Assembly (NCBI GenBank): GCA_018698915.1
Contig: JABIPN010000026.1
Location: 1-56,020 of the forward strand
Direction of reading: 5' to 3'
DNA from: Candidatus Woesearchaeota archaeon
GTDB taxonomy: Archaea; Nanobdellota; Nanobdellia; UBA10117; ARS21
Length of the DNA: 56,020 bases
Part shown: in pieces, positions 49,371 to 56,020 of the stretch
Layout: the number at the start of each line of letters is the position of its first letter
Numbering within the stretch: position 1 is the stretch's first letter
Notes under the pieces: model-generated
The model's database searches: none
The model's input: the letters and a program-made list of their open reading frames with translations, nothing else
Told to the model about the DNA's origin: nothing
Made by a program: the position numbers and the translations under genes

Positions 49371-52300
49371 ATGGCAAAAATTATTCTCACCAAAGAAGAA
49401 GTACTAAAAAAATATGGGGACATTGTTGCTGCCAATCAAAAACCCGGATGGAATAGTAGGAGCAAAGAAGAATTAGTAAAGTATCAAATCCTTATACAAT
49501 CTAATCCAGCAGTGGCATTTAATCTAATGGCACAAAATTTAATCCATCATTCTTGGCAAATTCAATGGGTTCCAACATATTTCTGGGAGAAAAATATCTC
49601 AACATTGGAACACAGTGTGCAGACTGGAAACAAAGACGCAGCTGAAATTATGGTAGACTTGGAACCCAGTTTTAATAATGAGCACTCACAACAAAATAGC
49701 GAAGCATCTGCTGATTTAAAACAAAGAATCAATAAGTTAGTTGAGTTCATAAACTCCAAACCCAAATCTTTTTTCTCAGAACAAACTAATGTAGGTCGTC
49801 CGCTTTGCTGTATTAACGCACGTTTACCTCCAACTTCAAGAGCAGAACTATTTGTTCTTGAAGAAAAATATCTGTTTTATGGCCCTTCACTTGAAAATAA
49901 CACAAAACTATTTCTAAACTCACTAACTAGCCCTTATAGTAACGATGTGTTTGAAAAATTAGCAACATTCAAGTTTTTCAATGAATATCTATTAAATTCT
50001 TTGTCTCAACCTTTTTCAATCGGATATAGTATTGCAGTATTACGAACCGGAACAAAGATGAAGGAGTTAAGAAAATTACAAGATCGACTATTAGTAAATA
50101 TATTACAACGAACCAGAAAAAGAAATTCAGCATCAGTTATATTAATTTGGTTATTAATGCGATATGAATCTTTAAGCAAAGTAAAAAAAGATATCCTCAA
50201 CGAAGTATTAAAAAAATCATCAAGAGGCGAGATAGATATGAATTTTGTATTAGAATATATTTTCAATCAAAGTAACGTAAAACTATTCAAAGTAGGTTCT
50301 AGAGCTAAGCTAATTCTCGACAGACCAAGTTTATCTAGCGCAACAGAAGGAACAAGAGAACTCGTAATTCCATTTATACTATCACACACTCCACAACAAT
50401 TCATCAAATTATTTTCAAGGTTAAACTTACCGTTATCCTTATTCACAAGTACTCAAAGGCAAGAAGTATTTGCAAAAATCACCAGTTATTTGAAAAAGCT
50501 GAAGACAGTTAATGTAGATGTAGAATACTTTGTCGAGAAGAATTACAATCAACTATCTGAATTCCCAACTGAAATGATTGGACAAATATTACGTTTAGCA
50601 ATTTCATCTAAACATTTTTCAATTATTAGTAAACTAATCCGTACAAAAGGAAGTATCTCTAACCGACAAGAACTAAATATAGCAAAAACACTAATTGAAG
50701 AAGAACTGAGAAGAGGAGATGCAAGTGCAATGAATGAGCTATCAAAGTTAATTCTTGATGGGCACCATACAAAAAAAATGTTAAATATATTAATATATCA
50801 TTTAGGATGGAATAGCGATCAAGCAGCAGAAGTAGTATATAACTTAATAAGCGCTTTTCATTATCGTGAATTCAATCGATATTACAACAATAGTATCAAG
50901 AATAAAAAGAGAACACCGCAAGAATTAATTGATTTTATATATACACATATAAGTCCAAAAGGAATAAAAGATACAAACGAACAAGAAAAAAGATACAAAT
51001 TATTCGTGAAGTTATATCCAACATTATTTCTTAGCGCAAGAGACAACGGATTTACTAAATTATCTGATCTTTCAAAAAGAAAACTATACAATGTATTGAT
51101 AAACAACAGAAAGTTCAGAAACGGAATAAATACACAACGAAAATTATTCGAAGGACTAAATAAATTATCAAATATAGGAATTTTAGAATCAGTAGATACA
51201 TTAATTTCCAAAGAAGCAACAGGAAACAATCAAATTACAACAAAATTGAATAAACTACTTGAACGAATTAGAACAGTAATGAAATCTAACTTCTTTAAGT
51301 CAAAAAGAGTTGAATTTAAATCATATTTAGAAAAATCAAGAGATCTTAATGAGGCACTAGAACAAGTAGAGATTGCGATAAGAAACATTGCCAAAGAAGA
51401 ACTATCAGCATTAAGTAAAGCTAATATCAATAAACTCATAGAAAACGACGAATTATTAAGAAAAGTACTTTATCTGAATAATCATTACTCACGGGAATAT
51501 CATAATATCTACATGAAAGGAGTTGCAAGATTCGTGCTTGGAAAACATAACGGATTCAAATATAAGGATTTAGCAGAGTTACTGAAAAACTATGGAACTA
51601 CAACAAATCTAACTAGCACAGTAACAAAAAAATGGATTAAAACAATGAATTATATAAGAATACCACAATCTGTGAATTCAATCGATATTACAACAATAGT
51701 ATCAAGAATAGACGCAATAAAATTATCTATAAAAGCACGTTCTAAAAGTGACCAAAAATTAGACACAGTTAAAAAATTATTAGAACATTTAGAACCGATA
51801 TTATACAAACTAAAATCCAGAGACATTGAAGAAAGACTCAAAGTAACAAAACAAATGAAAGAACTTCTGACTAACTTGAAAAGTGAAAAACAAATAGATC
51901 TAGCAAGAACATTATCTGCAGTAATAAGAGACATAGCCTCAGCAGGTTCAGAAAAATATCAATTAACAGATGAATTTGAATTCAATAAATCACATGATAT
52001 CGGTCAACATTGGGGAACTTGTCAATCTTGGTCATCACCAGATCAATTAAATAAGGGATTAGTTGCAACAATTAATGATGGAACTAAAAAATATGTAATT
52101 CTTAAAGATCCAACCAAAAAAGGAGTATGGCTAGCAAGAGGAAATATACATTTGGCGTTGAGAGGAAATGAATTCGTACTAGTTCTCGATAATAATAATT
52201 ATGCCAACAATACCGAACAAAGAGAATTAATTAGAGAATTCGCAATAAATAAAGCAAAATATATGAAAATACCGTTCGTAGATTCAACTAGCAAAAATAC

Positions 52301-52382
52301 ACAGGACTTAACCGTTTTCGGAAAAACACCAACTTTCTATTCAGATACTGGTCTTGCAAGATCAAGACAACAAGTAATTTAA
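49371..52382 (+). CDS. Large orphan protein (1003 aa), predicted mostly alpha-helical, with a distinct C-terminal domain
   Basis: A long uninterrupted ORF with genome-typical K/N/I/L composition. I could find no Walker, nuclease, TM or signal motif. The C-terminal 130 aa or so (HDIGQHWGTCQSWSSPDQLNKG...VWLARGNIHLALRGNEFVLVLDNNNY) look like a separate beta-containing domain. Confidence 0.6.
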   Translation: MAKIILTKEEVLKKYGDIVAANQKPGWNSRSKEELVKYQILIQSNPAVAFNLMAQNLIHHSWQIQWVPTYFWEKNISTLEHSVQTGNKDAAEIMVDLEPSFNNEHSQQNSEASADLKQRINKLVEFINSKPKSFFSEQTNVGRPLCCINARLPPTSRAELFVLEEKYLFYGPSLENNTKLFLNSLTSPYSNDVFEKLATFKFFNEYLLNSLSQPFSIGYSIAVLRTGTKMKELRKLQDRLLVNILQRTRKRNSASVILIWLLMRYESLSKVKKDILNEVLKKSSRGEIDMNFVLEYIFNQSNVKLFKVGSRAKLILDRPSLSSATEGTRELVIPFILSHTPQQFIKLFSRLNLPLSLFTSTQRQEVFAKITSYLKKLKTVNVDVEYFVEKNYNQLSEFPTEMIGQILRLAISSKHFSIISKLIRTKGSISNRQELNIAKTLIEEELRRGDASAMNELSKLILDGHHTKKMLNILIYHLGWNSDQAAEVVYNLISAFHYREFNRYYNNSIKNKKRTPQELIDFIYTHISPKGIKDTNEQEKRYKLFVKLYPTLFLSARDNGFTKLSDLSKRKLYNVLINNRKFRNGINTQRKLFEGLNKLSNIGILESVDTLISKEATGNNQITTKLNKLLERIRTVMKSNFFKSKRVEFKSYLEKSRDLNEALEQVEIAIRNIAKEELSALSKANINKLIENDELLRKVLYLNNHYSREYHNIYMKGVARFVLGKHNGFKYKDLAELLKNYGTTTNLTSTVTKKWIKTMNYIRIPQSVNSIDITTIVSRIDAIKLSIKARSKSDQKLDTVKKLLEHLEPILYKLKSRDIEERLKVTKQMKELLTNLKSEKQIDLARTLSAVIRDIASAGSEKYQLTDEFEFNKSHDIGQHWGTCQSWSSPDQLNKGLVATINDGTKKYVILKDPTKKGVWLARGNIHLALRGNEFVLVLDNNNYANNTEQRELIREFAINKAKYMKIPFVDSTSKNTQDLTVFGKTPTFYSDTGLARSRQQVI

Positions 52383-53225
52383 TCACTTCAAAGCGCGAAC
52401 TCTTACAAACCCGCCAATTTCTTTCAAATACTTTCTTGTAGTTTTAGCCACAGTGCCGTTTGTCAAAATTATTACAGGCATCTTTTTCTCAAGTGCCAAA
52501 GAATAACTTTCAGCAATATCACTTTTGTTTAACCGTTTCTTACTCCAAAGCTTAACATAGAATTTTAAAGGACCAACTGAGGACGGAGCCCGAATAATAA
52601 ATGCACCAGAATTATCCTTTATTTTCTCAGATTTCAAAACTTCAACATTTAAACCTTCCAAAAAGTCCAATGCATTTTTAGAAAAACTAGGAGCTTTAAC
52701 ATCTTTAGGTCTTTCAATTTTTGGACGCACAGGTTTTGAAACTTTTGGCTGAAATTCAACTCTAGGTCTTTCAACACGCACAGGAACTTCAACCTTGGGT
52801 ATTTCAACAACTCGCGGACGTTCAACAGTTCGTCTAATCAACTCTCGCGCTTTTTCCAATGCACTTTTCTTCTTATCTTTCCGTTGAGATTCTTCAGCTT
52901 CAATCCTTTTCAACCGCTTGTTAAAATCATCTCGTTTAGCATCCAGCTCTAGAGTCTCTTCAACCCGTTTCTTCTGAAAAGTCCGAGCAGTCTTAACCGT
53001 AAAATTCAAATCTTTAAGTTTCTTCTCCATCAAGTTCTCTTGACCAGCTAAGTAATACAAAGGAACTGAACCAACCTTTTCTGAACTCTGAAGAAGAGAT
53101 TTACTATCAACCAATTCAGACAAATAAGCATTAGCGATAAAACTATCTCCACCAATCTTACTAACAACTTGAACAGGTAAACTTGGACCGTTCTCTTTGA
53201 TAAACTCGATAATCTTATCCTTCAT
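52383..53225 (-). CDS. wHTH-like N-terminal domain protein with a coiled coil, a Pro/Arg/Val repeat linker and a C-terminal alpha/beta domain
   Basis: N-terminal MKDKIIEFIKENGPSLPVQVVSKIGGDSFIANAYLSELVDSKSL looks like a winged helix. ERPRVVEIPKVEVPVRVERPRVEFQPKVSKPVRPKIERPK is a short-period repeat. The C-terminus (FIIRAPSS..KFYVKLWSKKR..VIILTNG) has a weak resemblance to the restriction-endonuclease fold. Confidence 0.5.
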   Translation of the reverse strand: MKDKIIEFIKENGPSLPVQVVSKIGGDSFIANAYLSELVDSKSLLQSSEKVGSVPLYYLAGQENLMEKKLKDLNFTVKTARTFQKKRVEETLELDAKRDDFNKRLKRIEAEESQRKDKKKSALEKARELIRRTVERPRVVEIPKVEVPVRVERPRVEFQPKVSKPVRPKIERPKDVKAPSFSKNALDFLEGLNVEVLKSEKIKDNSGAFIIRAPSSVGPLKFYVKLWSKKRLNKSDIAESYSLALEKKMPVIILTNGTVAKTTRKYLKEIGGFVRVRALK

Positions 53226-53266
53226 AAGAAATTAATGAAGACTCGCTATAAAAGAATTTGCCGGAT

Positions 53267-54115
53267 TTAATGAATAACATGTTTGCCTTTACTAGCGCGA
53301 GTATGTTTAACTGGATGATTTCGTTTTCTGTTCTCCGGATGATGAATTACATGACTATGATCAATATCACCCATCAATGCATCAGCAAGTTTCAATCCTC
53401 CAACAACTTCAGGAAGAATAACAACTTCTGCTCCCGCATGTTTTAATTTAGAAACAATATTTTCATTATTTGCTCGTGCAGCAACACTAATATCAGGATT
53501 CAATTCCTTAGCAGTCAAAATAGTCAACAAATTATCACCATCATCACCAATAACTGCAGCCAAAGAATGTGCGTGTACAACACCGGCTTGTTTCAAAACA
53601 GCTTCATCATTAGCATCACCAAGAATAGCATGAAATCCCGCTCGCTTTAAACTTTCAACACGAGAATCATCATTATCAATAACAACAAGACCTTTTTTAC
53701 CATCTTTTAGTTTCATACAAACATTACTACCAACTCTTCCGCCACCACAAACGATAACATGGTTTTTCAAATGTTTAACTAAAGTCATGTTCTTTACTCC
53801 ACCAAGCTTCTTATTAAATTCTCCGGAAAGCATGAACTCAATCATTACATAGAAGACATAAAACGCCAAAACTTCTCCAGCAAATGCAAGAGTTACAAAA
53901 ACAGCTTTAGTACCAAGCTGAGCATTACTAAGTGTACCTGGTTCAATATGTGTAGCAAAACTTAGAGACAAAAGCATTCCTTCTGAAGTTCCAAGTCCCT
54001 GATCAAGCGCAATAATCAATCCGCCACCAGCAATCAAAATAACTAAGGCAAGAATTCCTATACTCAATCGGCTTGCCAGTTTATCGAGAGGAATATCAAT
54101 TTTACCCATGTTCAA
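53267..54115 (-). CDS. Membrane protein with an RCK/TrkA-N NAD-binding domain (K+ channel-like architecture without a canonical selectivity filter)
   Basis: Two to three N-terminal TM helices are followed by VIVCGGGRVGSNV (Rossmann GxGxxG) and a TrkA-N-like domain. No TVGYG-type filter is seen. The tail is His-rich (HSHVIHHPENRKRNHPVKHTRASKGKHVIH). Confidence 0.7.
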   Translation of the reverse strand: MNMGKIDIPLDKLASRLSIGILALVILIAGGGLIIALDQGLGTSEGMLLSLSFATHIEPGTLSNAQLGTKAVFVTLAFAGEVLAFYVFYVMIEFMLSGEFNKKLGGVKNMTLVKHLKNHVIVCGGGRVGSNVCMKLKDGKKGLVVIDNDDSRVESLKRAGFHAILGDANDEAVLKQAGVVHAHSLAAVIGDDGDNLLTILTAKELNPDISVAARANNENIVSKLKHAGAEVVILPEVVGGLKLADALMGDIDHSHVIHHPENRKRNHPVKHTRASKGKHVIH

Positions 54116-54183
54116 CTAAGCCTCTGGTTCAATAAAAAGGTTTGTAGATAATATATTTTATCCTTACTTTTCTTAAAAACAAG

Positions 54184-54267
54184 TGCACGAGGCAGGATTC
54201 GAACCTGCGAAGGCACTAAGCCAATGGATCTTGAGTCCATCCCATTTGACCGCTCTGGAACTCGTGC
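54184..54267 (-). tRNA. tRNA-Leu (anticodon CAA), long variable arm, no encoded CCA
   Basis: Hand fold of the reverse complement: acceptor GCACGAG/CTCGTGC, anticodon stem ATGGA/TCCAT with loop CTCAAGA, variable arm GGC-TTAGT-GCC, T arm GCAGG-TTCGAAT-CCTGC, discriminator A. A T-tract follows the 3' end. Confidence 0.88.
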
Positions 54268-54313
54268 ATAGAAATGGTTATTTTAATTAGTTTTTAAGCC
54301 TTATTATTAAGAA

Positions 54314-54712
54314 TTACTTCAAAGCCTTGTTAATTTTTCTCAAATTTGCTTGCAATCCCTTCATAGATTTCTTAGAAGTCTTTCTCTTCGCAACAGTTCT
54401 TCGGGATTTAACTTTGCGCCGGACCACTCCCTTTTTCTTCAACTTCCGAACAGGTCGGCTTCTTCTAACTACAGCCTTAGGAATATTTGTACCCTTGCCC
54501 ATATATTGGTTCAACATTTTCAATTCATTAATCAAAGAATCTGACAAAATCTTTGCCTGTGTAAGTAACTCATGTTTCTGCTGAATCAAGTTCACAATTT
54601 CAGAAGTACTTGAAATTGCAGTGTCACAAATCTTACCTAATTTATTAGTACAATCATAAACCGATTGTTCATCTTCAATTATAATATATTCATTCGAAGG
54701 CATATCAAACAT
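54314..54712 (-). CDS. Hypothetical protein with a helical N-terminal half and a highly basic C-terminal tail
   Basis: 132 aa. The C-terminus VVRRSRPVRKLKKKGVVRRKVKSRRTVAKRKTSKKSMK is Lys/Arg-rich. The overlapping plus-strand ORFs were rejected. Confidence 0.5.
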   Translation of the reverse strand: MFDMPSNEYIIIEDEQSVYDCTNKLGKICDTAISSTSEIVNLIQQKHELLTQAKILSDSLINELKMLNQYMGKGTNIPKAVVRRSRPVRKLKKKGVVRRKVKSRRTVAKRKTSKKSMKGLQANLRKINKALK

Positions 54713-54770
54713 AATATTCTAGACAATATAAACTTTCCCTCAATTTTACCGCAACTAATAAAAAGGACCA

Positions 54771-55316
54771 ATGTTTCCATTTAGCATGGGATTATTTGGA
54801 AAGAAAAAAGAGGAACCAGCAATGCCAAAACCAACAGCACCATTTGTTCCAAGTCAACCACCAATGGGCGCAACTTTAAGCGATCAATTGAATATTAATC
54901 AAGATAATCAACCAGCACCAGCAGGATTACCACCTTTACCTGCAGATATTTCTGCAAACGTTGTTGACGTATCAAAGAAAGTTGATGCAATGACTGAAAG
55001 AGTTTCAAGTATGGAATCAGAGTTACCTCCATTACCTGAAGACACTACACCTACAGAACAACCAATGTCTACACAAACAGCTCCACAAAATACAGGAGCA
55101 AAAGTCTTTGTACGGCTTGACAAATATTCAGATATTTTAAGAACTATTAATACAATGGAAGCTAAGATTAATGAGTTACAAAATGCGCTTGGAAAGATTT
55201 CAACAATAAAACAATCCGAGCAACAAGTAATTGAATCTTGGAATGCATTAATTAATGAAGCAAAAGACAAAGTAGAAGAAGTAAATTCCAAACTTCCTCC
55301 ACTAAATAGACAATAA
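54771..55316 (+). CDS. Hypothetical protein with a Pro-rich N-terminal half and a C-terminal coiled coil
   Basis: 181 aa. It contains PKPTAPFVPSQPP...LPPLPAD...LPPLPED and then VFVRLDKYSDILRTINTMEAKINELQNAL. The antisense ORF 54908-55291 looks like noise. Confidence 0.55.
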   Translation: MFPFSMGLFGKKKEEPAMPKPTAPFVPSQPPMGATLSDQLNINQDNQPAPAGLPPLPADISANVVDVSKKVDAMTERVSSMESELPPLPEDTTPTEQPMSTQTAPQNTGAKVFVRLDKYSDILRTINTMEAKINELQNALGKISTIKQSEQQVIESWNALINEAKDKVEEVNSKLPPLNRQ

Positions 55317-55362
55317 TTCTAACTAATCGGAACCTTTAAAATGAGACTATAGGGGTTTTTCT

Positions 55363-56020
55363 ATGACTACACAAGTAAAACGGCGAGGAAAACTAACTAC
55401 TGAAGATCTAATCGAACTTGAAAGATTAAGAATCCAAGAGGGAATTCCCTGTAATAACAATGATATAATCCTAGAATACAACGGAATTAAATTAACTCCC
55501 CAAAAGATTTATGAAAGATTTAGGCTGAGCTACAAAAAAGGAGAAATTTCCAAAGAGATTCTTGAAGAAATAAGAGGAAAACTAACTACTGAAGATCTAA
55601 TCGAACTTGAAAGATTAAGAATCAACGGAAATCATGGAAAGCGAGACAATGACACTATCTTAAAGTATAACGGAATTGAATTAACTCCCACAAAGCTTTA
55701 TGATAGGATTCAATACAACGTAAAGAGAGGATACTTAGATCAAAGTGTTTTAGAAAAAATAAGAGGTAAGCAGGCAACAATTGATGATTTGATTGAATTG
55801 GAAAGATTAAGACTCGAAAAGGGGCTCTCTGTTAATAACAACAAAACAATCTTAGAACACAACGGAATTGAATTAACTCCCGCAAATATTTATGCGCGGA
55901 TTAAAACGAGCTACAAAAAAGGAGAAATTTCCAAAGAGATTCTTGAAGAAATAAGAGGAAAACTAACTACTGAAGATCTAATCGAACTTGAAAGATTAAG
56001 AATCAACGGAAATCATGGAA
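55363..56020 (+). CDS. Tandem-repeat protein (63-64-aa units), 3' end beyond the window
   Basis: Not in the ORF track because it is open at the right edge. My translation from the ATG at 55363 is stop-free to 56020. It contains at least 3.4 copies of RGKLTTEDLIELERLR-x12-IL-x-YNGIELTP-x2-IY-x-R-x6-G-x-(I/L)-x3-(I/V)LE-(E/K)-I. Confidence 0.7.
   Translation, partial: MTTQVKRRGKLTTEDLIELERLRIQEGIPCNNNDIILEYNGIKLTPQKIYERFRLSYKKGEISKEILEEIRGKLTTEDLIELERLRINGNHGKRDNDTILKYNGIELTPTKLYDRIQYNVKRGYLDQSVLEKIRGKQATIDDLIELERLRLEKGLSVNNNKTILEHNGIELTPANIYARIKTSYKKGEISKEILEEIRGKLTTEDLIELERLRINGNHG
55386..56020 (+). repeat. Coding tandem repeat, 189/192-bp unit with a 381-bp higher-order period
   Basis: Unit starts are at about 55386, 55575, 55764 and 55956. 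The 113-nt block 55527-55639 is repeated exactly at 55908-56020. Confidence 0.85.

Noticed and set aside
54908-55291. 127-aa minus-strand ORF overlapping the 181-aa plus-strand gene
   Set aside because: The Cys/Ser/Phe-rich translation has no plausible structure. The plus-strand frame gives a coherent Pro-rich and coiled-coil protein with a sensible start after a divergent promoter spacer.
55386-56020. Possible CRISPR array or non-coding satellite, given the regular repeats
   Set aside because: The repeat unit is 189-192 bp with no unique spacers. The whole array is in one open reading frame, with substitutions that conserve amino acids. It is a coding tandem repeat.

Overview
The window is a visibly AT-rich, very gene-dense archaeal chromosome fragment. 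All calls come from reading the supplied translations and the DNA by eye; no searches were run.

Archaeal identity rests on several markers:
- a group II chaperonin (thermosome)
- archaeal-type DnaG
- AglB/STT3 with a WWDYGYW motif
- a class I CCA-adding enzyme
- Hel308
- SecF-SecD gene order
- an initiator tRNA with A1:U72
- TATA boxes about 25 nt upstream of start codons, which suggests leaderless mRNAs

The compact style fits a small-genome, DPANN-like archaeon. Signs include ATGA and TAATG gene junctions, convergent genes that overlap or abut, and a largest intergenic spacer of 168 bp. The lineage cannot be assigned from this window alone.

Layout:
1. 1-8 kb: an N-glycosylation island with two GT2 genes, GtrA, an epimerase, UDP-xylose synthase, a GT-C-like membrane protein and AglB.
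2. 8-16 kb: housekeeping genes (SpoIIM-like, SecDF, TrmI, Hel308) plus two poorly characterised proteins (an orphan HTH-like protein and a small HExxH protein).
3. 16.1-26.1 kb: a ten-gene type IV pilus-like operon on the minus strand. It has eight proteins with class III (prepilin-type) signal peptides, a FlaI/VirB11-type ATPase and two separate single-domain T2SSF membrane proteins. A coiled-coil gene lies just upstream of it (26119-26538).
4. 26.6-29 kb: the thermosome gene and a ninth pilin gene. That pilin shares a near-identical 111-bp 5' cassette with a pilin inside the operon.
5. 29.1-35.8 kb: a three-gene operon encoding two giant acidic surface proteins built from thrombospondin type 3-like, FG-GAP-like and PKD-like modules.
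6. 36-49 kb: housekeeping genes (DnaG, CCA enzyme, NFACT/Rqc2, SMC-ScpA-ScpB, AspRS, RNase HII, tRNA-iMet).
7. 49.4-56 kb: mostly uncharacterised genes. These include a 1003-aa orphan, a wHTH protein, an RCK-domain membrane protein, tRNA-Leu, small coiled-coil proteins and a tandem-repeat protein that runs off the window edge.

No CRISPR array, rRNA gene, transposase, integrase or reverse transcriptase is visible.

My best candidate for an undescribed system is the cell-surface module: the many-pilin pilus operon, the adhesin operon and a cytoplasmic tail motif shared by three membrane proteins.
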